A stretch of 64,000 bases of DNA from Paragordius varius (lineage: Eukaryota > Animalia > Nematomorpha): contig OZ176054.1 of assembly GCA_964247055.1 (NCBI GenBank), positions 10,664,001-10,728,000 of the forward strand, written 5' to 3'. The stretch's first letter is position 1. The number at the start of each line of letters is the position of its first letter. A model generated the notes under the pieces. That model was given only the letters and a program-made list of their open reading frames with translations. It was not told the origin of the DNA and ran no database searches. The position numbers were made by a program, and so were the translations under genes. This document shows, one piece after another, positions 27,151-40,426 of the stretch.

Positions 27151-29944
27151 ATGGGCGACATGTGGCAAGCTTAACGCCAATTTTTGGGAAAACCGGATCA
27201 TATACAGATTTCAAAATAACGGTTGAAAGATATCGAAAAGTAATATTGAGTGGTAGCAAGGTTTCGATCAAAAAATTTTCATGCACTTCATATATTTTGT
27301 ATGGGTGCCCTGGAATTTGGCTAAATATTATCTGCATTTAACAATTTTAAAATCATACAATACTTTGGTAACTTTTGAATCCTTCAACGTAAATCGAAAA
27401 ATGCTAAAATTTAGGCAATTGCCAGTTGAAAGAAAATAACTGAATACGTTGAGGTTTACATAACTGTTTGATCCACACAAAGCAATGATTTGAGTTGCAT
27501 TTAAATCAATTTCCATAAATACCTTTATTGGTAATACATGTATATGAGTTATGATTATATAATATTTGCACCTGAAATTCATTCTTAAACATTTTATCAT
27601 CCTATAACATTTTCACCCTAAAATAAAAGCTTTTTTGGCTAACATAACGTTTAATATCTATTTTAAATATTTTATGGCATGGTTTTTTTTAAGTTATCAA
27701 TTAAAGGATTTTGATTTAAAAAACGTTATTTTTATGGTGTTGAAGTGTTTAAGCGTTAATTTGAAATGGTCAAGGGCGAATTGAAGTGTTAAATGTTAAA
27801 CTTAAATGAATCTTATCAGAAATTTTCGGGTCAAATTTCGCTGACATTTCTGTCATTTGTTAAAAGAATGCTTTCAATATGATAAGAATCGAGATTAATT
27901 AAATTTCGGTTTAGGGAAAAATTATAAAATTAATACTTGAGCTTTATAACGAGTGGCAATTTCCCTAATTCTAATATCCATATAATACGGCACAATCACA
28001 GTGTAAAAACTTCCATTGTTCAACAATTCAAAGTACATTTCATCAATGTACCAAGTGGCAAAGCCATCTTTGATCACAATATTCATTATATCATAAATGG
28101 AACGATATCTAATTATAATTATAAAACATCGCATAAAAATTAATGTAACTTTCAATTTAATTTAAGTTTAGAGCAGGAGTGTGTGCCAAAATACCAAATA
28201 AAAAATATAATTAAATAAAGCTCATAAAATAATATTGATTAAAATAAATTATTCACACAAGTCTTTCGAAATTTTGGCAATGAATTAACAAAAATTATTA
28301 AAACAAACGCTAAATTTAATATAATTATTAAGCACATATTTTTCAAATGAGGCCAGTCGGTTTTTTAAATAAAAAATACGGCTTGCGAAGTCATTTGTGT
28401 TGGGCACCCTAGATTAGAATATTCACGCTCTTTAACGAATTGTAACGGCTTAACTTAAATTTATTATAATGGGGTGCGTTTGTTTTATCTTTTATAGCTT
28501 TTTTTAATAAATGATTTATCCAAAGTTGCTGAATAAATTATTTTTAGCTTAACTTTTAAAAGATGGTTTAAAAAATAAATTTTCTAATATTATAAATAAT
28601 ATAAAAATAATTTTTTACAATAATTTACTTCATTGTCAAACGCTCCATTCTAATTATTCCTGGGTTTTGGCAAAAGTCTATAATAATAATTAAAGGTTTT
28701 ACAAATTTAGCACATATCAAATGTATTCGCAACAAGTTTCTACCGGTTTTTTGGTAAATACACTTGTAATTTTAGAAAGGAAATCAATTATTTATTTTTA
28801 TTCAAAATATTGTACATTAACTTCTACACATTATCATCGCTCAAGCGATCGATACATAGTCCTAGAAAATTTGATAGCCATTTTCAGCGTCTCTAAAACA
28901 TAGTCTGCTCTGCGAGAGCCTTATTGATGTGATGTTGTATTAATCAGATGTTGCCAGTTTTGGAGAGTTCAGCTGTTTTCTCCATAGCGATATTAAGGTA
29001 TTTTTTACTGGTTTTTCTGTGCGAAACGAAGCATTGGTATATGTCAAAAATGGTTTTGGCTCATTCCACTTTTCTTATAATAATTAATGCATGGTTTTGA
29101 ATAGTTAGCGATATTGTTGTATATTAACATTGTACGGCATTTTGAAGTTTATAATGCACAATACCGGTCTGTGACCACATGGCACAGTTAGTTTTTTGCT
29201 AAAGAACTTGGCCTTATTGTGGATAGAGCGGCTTGGTAATATGAAATTCACAATTTCTATTAATTTACATAATAAAGATTATTTATCATCCGTCCCAATC
29301 CGATGAAAAAGTTATTTTTTTCGTGACTGACGTAGTTGAAGCAAAAATCTAGAAGTCACTTTGCAATTTTCGATTTAACATTCATTCATGTTGTTAACTC
29401 AACCGAGTTTTTTGGTCCTATACATTGCTTGTAGTAATCTGTTGATTTTAATTGTCTGACAGCTGATGCTTCTGTCAATTGCTGTTAAGATTGAATTGAG
29501 TCACGATTTTATACTTGTACTTAATTGTCTTTCTAGTTGTGAGTCTACTAGAGAGCCAACTTTCTTCATTGCAATCGCAACGTATAAATTGGATAACCGA
29601 TAAAGCATGTTCACTAGACATTCTGCCAGTAAACGATAATTTTTAACAGTTTTTTCGTGGCGCAAAAGTTCTTTTTCAGGCACAAAATTCGACATGATTT
29701 CTGTGTGATAAGAATAAGACCCTGTTTAATGGTAGGTGAAAAAATATCATTGAACTAATAGCCTGAGTATTTTCTCTAAAGTTTTCACTTAGTTAAACCA
29801 ATAATAACCTATGAATATATCCAGGAAATAAATAACTAATGTAAAATTAAATATTTTACCAAATTTTTGATAATTCATTTGTAGAATAGGAAGCAGTAAA
29901 AATATGCTATACAAACAATATAAAAACAATATATTGTTGCTCAT
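27151..29944 (-). CDS. Uncharacterised secreted/membrane protein, paralogue A (first five exons)
   Basis: Exons 29944-29860 (MSNNILFLYCLYSIFLLLPILQM, signal-peptide-like), 28677-28629, 28108-27937, 27522-27373, 27331-27151; all GT-AG, open and phase-compatible (1,2,0,0,1); alignable to exons at 32896-34318. Confidence 0.7.
28174..28411. mobile_element. Charlie-type hAT MITE
   Basis: Ends CAGGAGTGTGTGCCAA / GTTGGGCACCCTA; flanks gtttagag / gattagaa. Confidence 0.55.
28715..29800 (-). mobile_element. Degenerate Mos1-like mariner in intron 1 of paralogue A
   Basis: MSNFVPEKE start (Mos1 MSSFVPNKE), FFHRIGTDDK, MWSQTGIVHY, SPKLATSD, CVEVNVQYFE* end, then a TIR-like tail. Confidence 0.85.
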
Positions 29945-30419
29945 AATTATTGATATAACAAAAATATTTTTTTTTTATAAAATGTTTGCAAGTTTGCAAA
30001 TATCTAATGTAAATAGACTCATTTCAAAAGACATATTAAAGGCTAAATACTATCAATAGAAGGGCTTTATGACAATCAATGAAATAATATATATATAATT
30101 ACATTTACATCTGACTTAGTTTTAACTTTTTCGATGGGTATTTGAAATTTATTTATATTATGAATTATTAAATTTAAATTAATAATATTTAATTGATAAA
30201 ATGAAGATTTTACATGCATGAGGAATCAATACAGATCCGGTAAATATTGACAATGCCGCTGTTTTCCAAAATTTTAATATTAAAATAAATGTACAACGAA
30301 CGGTCATAAGTCATAAACTGAAAATAATTTTATTATATATAATGATAGAAAATCCGATTTTTACATTTCAAACTTTTCATTGTCTTATAATTATCAATTC
30401 ACTCGAACTATATACATCC

Positions 30420-30670
30420 TCAAATATTGAAACAAAAATCTATAGAAACTATTTTTTTATAATCACTATCAGGCTTTGTAACTAAGCCAAAAAGGTGTAA
30501 TTAGAGCCACGTTAATCTATATTGGTCATCCAGCTACTTGGTCTTTAATTATAAAAAACTTATTGGTTATATTTAAAGATGGACCAGAATCTTTAACACT
30601 TTGTGGTATTTTCACTTTTTGTCCTTGGGGTAGTCATATTACAGAGCTTAATCTTGTAAATAAAACTTTG
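30420..30670 (-). mobile_element. Possible MULE transposase relic
   Basis: KIPQSVK..LNITNKFFIIKD..NVALITPFWLS resembles the segment before the MULE W.xDGTF motif; several stops. Confidence 0.35.
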
Positions 30671-32342
30671 AAAGTTATTTTAGTTAATTAATCATCAAAT
30701 ATTGTTTTGTATTAGATAAGCACTGATATTTTATGCAGTTTTGTAACTTATAAAGTCTAAAATTGGGACAGCTCCAAAACACGATTCAGCTAAACATCTG
30801 ATTTTAAAATCGATAAATATAAAGTTTTGCTGGTAAAATGCAACCAGAAATCTCGCTAAGAAAACTTATTGCAATTAATTATTTTCATTTTCTAACCATA
30901 AAATACATTTAAATGCCTGTTGTATCAGCGATTTATAATTTAAGGAAAAAAATGACGGCGAATAAGATTGAGATGAGGATTTTTTTACAATTTTACATTT
31001 TTATAAAAATATATTTTATGCGTAAAAGGCTAGAGAAAGTTTCATTTTATATTCGGTGTTATACCTTTGATACTTTTTATGATAGTCAAATTTCAAATCG
31101 CCATGTATATAAAACTAACCTAAACGGTCATAAAGACTTAAAGGAACGGGGCAGGTTTTTTATAAAAAACTATTGTTCATTTCAATCCGATTCCAAACTC
31201 TGGAATTTATCGAAAAATGAACCGAGATGTTTTATAAAAATGTTTTAGTCTTGTCGATTTCTGGCAAAGGTATTACTTTGCTTTTCTATCAGGCATTGGC
31301 TATAAACTTTTTAAAATTTAGGTAATTTTCAATGAATAATTACATTGTTCTTAGATACGATATTTTTCTTTTTTGTAACCTTGAGAAATTTAATAAGTTT
31401 AACAAAAACCATTAAAAATTTAATCGAAGCAGTCGTAATCTGTTTACAGACATAATATTTTGTTACGCTTAAGACTTATCGGTCACACAAACGCAGAACA
31501 TTTTTCGGGTTTTGGAAAAGAAAAAGACAATATTTTATATTCGCTTATATGAATTATCCTCAATATATTAACATTAAAAGGTATTTTATTATTTTGTAAG
31601 AGGTTTTATGATATAATTAAGCATTTGAACTTTAACGTTTTAAACTTTTAGCTACGACCTTATCTGGCTACGCCAGCAAATAATTTTTCAAAATATATTA
31701 TTTTCATAACAAATTTATCATTATATTATGTTTATAATTATTTTATATATACTCCAGTTAGGATTAATTAGTTCCAGTACAATAGGTAATATTAATTCCT
31801 TTATAATGTTAACCTAATCACATAATCCTGCATTCTTCGCAGAGAGCCCCGTCCTTTGCCAAAATAATTTTTTTTAATTTAGCAGAAGGCGTTATTATAT
31901 ATATATATATATATATATATACAGATGTGCCTTAAAAACAGTTACTGAAGCTTTACTATGTTGTAAATTATTTAATTTGGTTTTTTATCATTGATATATA
32001 AACCAAAGTTGATCAGTTTTGAATTCGTAAAAATATCCGGCAGTTTTTACCTTTTAGTTGCAGTCCTTAAATTTCAAGCAATTAAAAATTTGTTTAAAAT
32101 TAATATGCAAAATATTGGCTGTTTTCTAATTTTTTAATAAGTTCGTTACGAATCAGACACACATGTCCTTAAAATTAAGTGGTTTGAGATCCTTAATTAA
32201 AAATTTTTCAATCAAAATTATTAAATTGATTAAAGCAAAAAAAGGTTTTGGTTGTCGATTTCTATGGATAACTGTTCTTTGATAAAAAATATCTCTAGAT
32301 ATTGAAAGTTTCGTAAGTAATAGAAGGTTCTTATTGCTACAG

Positions 32343-35300
32343 AATAGTAAATGTTCCTCCTTACACCAATCTTTTTTATTGTTCCATCAAATGTGTGAAA
32401 AAAACAAATATAAACCAATTGATTGATGTTGTACGTAACTATATTAACCAAATAAAAGCTAAAAATTAATTGGTTTCAACCAAAAAAAAATGCATATAAC
32501 AAATTTAAATTTCTGTTAATGATGGTATCAGCTATCAAATACTATATAAATTATAGATAGCCATTTTATATCAATAAATTATATAATATTATAGGGATGA
32601 CACTTCTTAAAATAAGGGTTTACTTCTGTTAAATGACTAAAAAATAAATTATATTGGTTATATTAATCGAAATCTTTTTTTAAATTATATTGATCATATA
32701 AGCCACATATTATGGCATTAAAATGGATTGTTTTTTATGAGAAAAAGATGTAGGTTTTCAAACCCAAACCAGATATGTTGTTTCTCCAAAAAATATTTGT
32801 CAAGTATGTCGAAAATATATTGAGAATAAATGATATGTATTACTAAACATTTCTTTATTAATAAATTTATCATTAAAATACTATATTCTTCATAGATTTG
32901 TGTAACCATGATTTGCTAACACCCATACAACTAAATAATGTCACCTTTGATTTATGGTATATATTGCATATCTTGCTGATATTTTTTGAAAATTAGTAAA
33001 TTATGTTTTCAATAATCGCTTATTTTTTAAGGGGAACTCATTTATCCGGAAAGGCTTCTTACTTATTCCGGGATAAGACAAATGTTGTTTGGTCTGCTTA
33101 TACGCATTTAGAGCCTACTACCAAAATACAAGGAAACGATGATTTAAATAAATGTGTAATTGACACTCCTCACCGGAGAGATTTTTTCATACTTTGGAAT
33201 AATTTGAGACATGAGGTGTTAATTTTAGTCAATTTATTCTTCTATATATTTTTCCATACCAGTTAATATTCTATACGTTGGTTCTTTCCTTATTATAAAA
33301 TATAAATATAAAGTAAAAAAGTAATCACTTTGGTTTTAAATGCCCTAATACACGGATTCTCAATTTTCTGGTTAACGGGTTTTATGTAATCTTTTAATAA
33401 TTTTAACTATTTCTGATAGTAAACTAAAAATGCAAGCCTTATATAACTGCTAAATTTTAGATATTCATTGATGTTTGGGGTCCAAAATATTATGTGGAAA
33501 TGGTGTGTGGAACTCCTAGTTTTACCATAAATGCGTTTTTGGAAACAAGCGATAACAATGAACTATGCATCAACATTTCAACATTGTATGATAATTTGAT
33601 TGATCCTAATCTTCGATATACACGGGTTAAAATTGAAATATTCAACTAAGATATATTATTTGTTTAAAAATACCAGATATGTTTTTGGATATGTCAATGG
33701 TATTTTTTAATTATATTTTGTAATTTTTATCTATATTAATTATTTGTTAATCAAAATCTATTAACATTTTTAAATGAAAATATGGCTTGGGTGTAAAGAA
33801 GCCCAAAAAATTGGTCATGCGCCATATATAAGTTTTTGTAATATACTCCCTCGAACAATTCAAATTCACCCTAAAAATTATGTGTTTTCGGGTTTACGAA
33901 ATATGTCTTTATGGCTTAGTTTATAATTTTTTCAGTATTATTTTAATTACAAACAAAATTACCTTTTTTAAATATACAAAAAATATAGGTATTATTTATT
34001 CTTAAAAACACATAATTTATTTTAGGGTGAATTTGGATTATTAAGAGTGAATGAATTTTTTAAGAGTGAAAATGAAGTTAAATGGTATATATATATAATA
34101 GCTGAGATTCATTCAAGAATGGGATAAACCTCTCACCATATATGAATTCTATTACAATGCCACCATAAGATCAGAATTTTTGGTGCAAACTGCAATATGG
34201 CCCGATCAATCAATCCGTTTTTTAACCAATTTGCTGATTGATAAAAAATATGCCAACAATACAGAATTTGGAGTTAGCCTTAAAGTTGTAACTGCTAAAT
34301 GTTCGAATCAACAATCAGGTCAGTTTTCTATATTGGTAAAATTAACAAAAAAGATTTTTACAAAGAGATAATATTATAACTTCGAATATATATTTATTTA
34401 TTTTACTAAATAGGGGTATCAGAGCATACGGTAGTGCATGGACGAGGTAATAAATTGTAAAACTAAATATTTATAGAAAATTACATTAATACCAAAAGAA
34501 TGTGTCAAACAGTATACAAATCTGGTCGATACAATTTTATAAAGCCAAGGATTGAAGGATTTGCCCCATTAAAGTATGGGTAATGTTCCTAATATAATAG
34601 GGATGTTTATGTAGAACGTAATAGATCCCCGAACAACTTAGTGTGGATCACGCATACTACCAATGTTTTCAAACTTAACAGGTTTCAAACAACGCCCAAC
34701 TCTTTGAGTATTTCCTTTAAAAACTTGGACATTGTGAATCAATTTTTTGGGTTATTTTCCCTCAGAGTTAATTTGATTGAAAACGTAAGCATTAAGATTT
34801 ACCTAATTTTAATGAAATTGTTAAAAAATTTATAGCGAGCCTATTATAACGGCAAAACTATAAATAAATAAAAATAGTTTAACCCTTTTATTTTACATAT
34901 CTAAAAAATCGTTTTAAATAATTTTAAATTTAACTAGACCTGTTAGGGAGACTTTTATAATGGTGCTCTTTAATATCTTCAAGTTATAAAAAGTATTCAG
35001 CTCGATATGATGAATATTGATAATTTTTACATATAATTATATAGTTTACTTTGTCGATAACGAACACGACCATGTGTAATTTATCAATGATCCATTTAAA
35101 TGAACAAAAAACCAGTGTGCACATAATTCGACCCTTACAAGTAATTAATTAAAGTGATATAAAAAAATATGTATGTATTCAATAGTCTATTTGTAAATTT
35201 ACAAATATATAGCTCTTGGTTAATCCTTATACCAGAGCGATGCTCAATGAATTTGCGGGCTACATTAATTTTTTGGAATGGTACCTGTGTCAAGGCTTAA

Positions 35301-35755
35301 CACTTGGCTGTCAAATAATATATTAATAAATATTTAAATACCACTTAGAATTTATTTTCAGCTCAAATAAAATAAGGAGGGAAAAAATGGAAAGGAATCT
35401 GGCTGGTTTTTAAATAATACTAATTGATAATGCAAATTTAATTACAGTAACCATATAGATTTGTTTATACTTATATTCGTTAAATAAAATGCAAGAATGC
35501 TTCAAATGTACTTTTAAATCTGGGTATCGGTATTAAAAAAGGATCACTGGTCAACAGCTTCTATCAAACTGTCCTTTAAAAAAGTAGCATAAGTCATAAA
35601 ATATTAAAGTGAATTTTTATTAATAGTATTTGTGACATAATAACTCAATCCTCTTTATAATTGTTTAACACAAAATCGAAGGTCTGCCGCTGGTATAATC
35701 GCAATTACTTTAAATATAATAGCATTGTAATAAATAAATTTTAATCTTCAAAAAA

Positions 35756-35792
<37 letters not shown>

Positions 35793-36130
35793 GGAAAAAT
35801 TATCTCTTGGTCTATAACTGTCAGCTCGGGTGACAATTTAAGTACCGCTACCATTTAATAACCGTTTTAAAGTAATTGTATAGTAAGATGATACAACATA
35901 TTTTAGACACTTCACAATTAAACACTATTTTTATCTTTGCAATTTTAGTCGTTGAAGATTTTTGTAAACACAACGCACATTGTAAGTCAGATAAGTGAGA
36001 TTCATCCATACCTCAACAATGTTTGGGTAAATAAATTGTTATACCATGTCAAATGTGTTGGAGAAAATGTAACGATCACAAGTGAAAAAGATCAAGTAAA
36101 TGTTTTGATTCAAAAACGGGTGAAATTTTG
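32343..36130 (+). CDS. Uncharacterised multi-exon protein, paralogue B
   Basis: Phase-compatible GT-AG exons 32896-32956, 33032-33215, 33461-33625, 34102-34318, 34414-34446, 34477-34579, 34603-34784, 35045-35140, 35213-~35279, ~35949-36093; start and end unresolved. Confidence 0.72.
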
Positions 36131-36559
36131 TGGTCATTAATTCATATAACTATAATAAATAAATGAAAATTTGGTCGCAAATATGTAAAAATATTCAGTT
36201 TTATAGAAACCATTAATTACATATTATAATTTGTGGAAATGAATAAAATGGAACGTTCTAATTAGATTTCGTTTTTTTCACATTAACAAATAAATCATCT
36301 CTACATTACTTTGATCCGATTTGAGTCAAAGCCTATATATAATCTAATGTTAAAAAATATGGAATGCATTGAAACCATTTCAATTGACCTATATGGCATT
36401 TATTCATCGTAATAAATAATAATTTCATTCAAAATGGCGTGATACTTACTTTATTGATAAATCTGAAGGCAAAAATTTGAACAGCATGACGGTGTAAGCT
36501 AAATAAATAATGCGAATTTAACCCTTTGCACGTATGATATTGAGAAATCTCAAAAAGAC

Positions 36560-36800
36560 AAAGAAATTGATATGGTTTAAGGACTGCTGGCATAGGATGC
36601 AAGGATATACATAGGAAGAAAGCTAACTGCGTTGATAAATCTTAAAATAAAGTTAGTTTTGATCATATAATGCGAAGTATACTTCATTAGAGAAAGACAG
36701 AATGTTAAGAAAGGTAGAAGGGAAAAGAAAAGAAGCCGATCAATGAGGTAGTTATACATGATAAATAAGAAAATAAGATGGCATTGAAAGTGGTAAATGT
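36560..36800 (+). mobile_element. RTE/BovB-like LINE 3' fragment
   Basis: With frameshifts: FDHIMRS / SLEKDRMLRKVEGKRK / RSRSMR*LYMI versus RTE-BovB YFGHLMRR.DSLEKTLMLGKIEGRRRRGRQRMRWLDGI. Confidence 0.7.
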
Positions 36801-37884
36801 AGTTTTACAGGAAGGAAAATGAAATCAATAGTGCATACTATATAACTCATTTACCACTTAGGAATATCCACTATATGTTTATGATAATATTATATAACTT
36901 TAATAGCGTTAGAGCCTAAAAACGATATTTTTTAATTTTTTTAAAATAAAAATGGCAAAAGTTCTTTGAGCCCTCTTTAGTATTTTTTTATCATTTAATT
37001 TAATGTTGATTTGGGTCCCAGCTACCCACTTTGTATTAAAATAGTAATATTGTGATAGGTGATCAAGCTCACAGATTTTGCCAAAATTTTATAATAAGTG
37101 TAAAACTTAAAATTTAGGCATATAATGTTTATTTTGAAATTCTAATATTTTAACTGATAATTTTTACAAAATATATGACAGAAATCAAAAGGATATTGAA
37201 AAAATTCTGTCCATTTTTTGTATGTGAGCCTATAACTTAATTAAGATTTTTTTAAAAAGGCCCCTGTTCACTAAATTTAACGCAAAGGGTGGATTGAACC
37301 AAATGTAAAATATGCTTAGCATTTTATCCCATGATACAGAAATCATACAGACTTGCAAAATATCACTCAAACATTCACACCCATTTTTATTGGGTTTTTA
37401 ATTTTTAAACTTTTCAAATTACTTAGCAGTAAATATTTGATATAACTTAATATGAGATGTTTGTAAAAATCAGGTTTTGGAGCTAAATAATTTAATCTAT
37501 AGGTTAGGTTTGCGCTTTAGTGCTAGAAGAAAGTTGCACATTTATGACTACTCGATAAAAAAATCTCAAATTTATGCGAAATTAATTTTTAATCTATTTT
37601 AAATATATTAAAGCCTACCTACACTTGTTTGAAAAGAACAGTATTTTATATGATTGAGATGCGGTCTCCAAAAGAATTTTGGCCCCTTCTAAAAAAAACT
37701 ATTTTTTTAAAAAAACGCAAAAATGCCGTTTCGAAAATCTAATATTTGGCAGATTATTACATCAAGATTGATTATTTTTGAAAAAGCATAATTTTGATGC
37801 AGTATTTTGAAAAGCGCACTTATTTCGAATCATGTTGGAATTGTTATAGGAAAGCTCTATTTAATATAAACTTTTTCTATACAA

Positions 37885-39725
37885 TAATGTGACCAGATAT
37901 TTTGAACTGTGACGCAGTACAAAATTAAAACATAATTGGTCTGTTTTTACATTGGTGTGGTATATTACACAATTTTCACAAAAAACATCCAGATGAAATA
38001 TATTTACTCTGATAGGAAAATATCAGGATTATCATGGTGCCTTTTGTTCAAATTTTTAGATGTAGGCCCTAAAAGTCCCAATTTTTTGGCTCTTTTAAAA
38101 TGAACTGTTCTCTAAAATAAACGCGAAAATTCTGATAATCGTGCAATAATTTTAAATATATGCTATATTGTGAAATACATTTTTAAAAAAATGCATACTA
38201 TCAATTCAATTTTTAGCAAATTGTAAAGCGTACTTCTTACTATTTTGACCATGATGGAAACGATATAAACGGTTGATTTAAACCATTTATGTATATAACT
38301 AGCGTAAATCTCTTGCTGCTACGCAGCCCGAGGAAGTCCTTCGGACTTCTGGGGGGAGGGCTATTCGAAAAAGGGACAATAAAATGATCCACATATGTGG
38401 ATTATTTCGAAACATTATTTAATAGATCTCATAGAAATTTTAAAACGGTGCATTCATACTAATATATTGTTTTGGGGGAAAAATAGATTTAAAAAATTAT
38501 TTTTGTGGCCTTTGTTTTTCGAAAAAAATGGCAATTTACGGGGGAGCGGGTAAAAGAGACCCTAAATTAAAGCAGCGAGCCGACTATGTTCGGCGCAATC
38601 GAAAATATTGAATGGTCCAACACTTTCCGGAAAATTGTTTCAAAGACATGATTTTTGTGGACTTCTGTTTTCAAAAAAAACGTTTTTTACACGGGGTGAG
38701 CCCGAACTGGGGGCCTAATTCAAAAAACGGGCGAAGCTATTATCGGGACATTCATTAATGATTATATTTTTTCGATATTTGGATTCGAATGGGTCTACCG
38801 GTTTTCCGGAAACAGATCACAATGCCAGCATTTTCCATTTTATAAATATATGGATTCGATAATTCGAAACATTTTTCTTACCCAGTATTATTGTGTTTTT
38901 TACAAAAATTCACCAAAATTTGAAAGCAAACAAACCTTTAAATTAAAATTCTCAACCAATAATAATGTTCAACATCATCGAATTATTTAGAAAAAGGGTT
39001 TTATTATATCTTAAAGCGTTATACCGTTTCCATTATGCTATAAAATAGTTTACAGTGCGCCTCAAAAAAATATCTCAAATTTTTCAAAAAAATTGAAAAC
39101 TAATAAAAATCAAAGTTTAAGAAAAAAAATCAAGAAATATCATATCTCCTATCTAATGAGTATAGAAAACGTAAAAAACTATTAACTTGTATAATAAATT
39201 TTAAATATCATGGGAATATATTTTTCTATATGATTTACCGTTTGATAATTATAACAAATGAACTTTCTAAACTTGATCAAATATTTATTAAAATATCATA
39301 AATTATTTTGTTAATTTTAAATTTAGAGGCCTCTTTTTGCGGCAGTCCTGAGTGAAAGAGCCATTAGCCTGAATCTTACGGTGCAGAGATTTAAAGTTTC
39401 GCCATTGCGCGAAAGGGTGCAATCCTAAGCTTTCGATCCAAAACTCAATTTTATGTATAATTCGAGCAAAAAATAAAATATTAACCAATTCAATCTTAGT
39501 TTTGTACCGCAAAATGAACCATTTCTTTACAAATGATGGGGTTATTTTTACAAAGGGTACTTTAAAATATTTTTTTAAATAAATAAAAGGTAATTAATAT
39601 ATATTAAAAAAAATTAAATATTTTTCAATTTCAAAAAGCAGTACAAAAGTGGGCGCAGTACAGTCGCGGTTTTTTTCTGAAAACCCAGTACTGTACTGCG
39701 AAAAACAGCCTATCTGGTCACATTA
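37885..39725. mobile_element. Non-autonomous hAT (Blackjack-like TIR) with nested Helitron
   Basis: Perfect 15-bp TIR TAATGTGACCAGATA / TATCTGGTCACATTA; perfect 8-bp TSD ctatacaa (37877-37884, 39726-39733). Confidence 0.92.
38299..38854 (-). mobile_element. Short Helitron, copy B
   Basis: 5' A|TC at 38854 and ~400 bp homologous to the 5' ends of copies A and C; own 3' hairpin GCTGC-gta-GCAGC then CTAG|T at 38299. Confidence 0.85.
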
Positions 39726-40426
39726 CTATACAATTCAATAGTATTAAAAATTTCGCACCTTAAAATTTTGATTTAATAGTTGCATTTTATTTTTTAATTG
39801 AGAGTGTTTTATTATACTTTATAGTTTTTTATGCTTAATTATAGCAGGAACGGCTCTTCGACACAATTTCGAAAAAACGAATTTTTGATGTTAACACGGT
39901 ATCCACAAAGTACCCATATATATATATGTATGTATATATTCTAATGGTTTTTTTGGTTTTGGGCCCTTACATGTGATTAAAAAAATATATCGCTTTGTGG
40001 TTGCTGCTTTACATCGGAAAATAACGTAATCTGCGTATATTTTGTATAAATTTTTTTGGCATATAAAAAGCAAAAAATTAAAAATTTCAAATTTTAGATG
40101 TGTGCTCGACATGTTTTAAATTTATGGACCCGTCTTATTGGCAAGTAAAATAAAGGCGAGCGCTATATTACATTCTACTTTTGACATCAAATAATAATTA
40201 TCCCGAAAATGTAAATATTTTTCTATTAATTTATGGTAAAATTTTTATGAAGCAAATTTTATGTAACACTAAAGCATTGGTACGCCCGGTATGAATACTT
40301 TAAGATACCTAAAACATATTAAAGTAGCAAGAACATATATTTTTGCTTCTTCAAGATATTAAATATTTATTCTAAAGCGAATGTTTGAGCACGCATTTCT
40401 CACCATGTGGTTCTAAACATCATGGT

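Noticed and set aside
28700-28763. Apparent extra exon of paralogue A (KKPVETCC) with a non-canonical GA donor
   Set aside because: The segment lies just after the mariner stop codon and reads as its 3' UTR/TIR; a better first exon with ATG and signal peptide exists at 29944-29860.
36266-36408. A second in-frame TAA in a plausible exon (ISFFSH*QINHLYIT...), suggesting stop-codon reassignment together with the GPCR TAA
   Set aside because: The spliced ASNSD1, sGC and MGAT2 exons contain no internal TAA/TAG, and ASNSD1 ends at TAA in the expected place, so the standard code fits.
39730-40426. Possible ASDURF (prefoldin-like uORF known upstream of ASNSD1)
   Set aside because: No frame with recognisable similarity; it could be hidden by tiny introns but is not supportable by eye.
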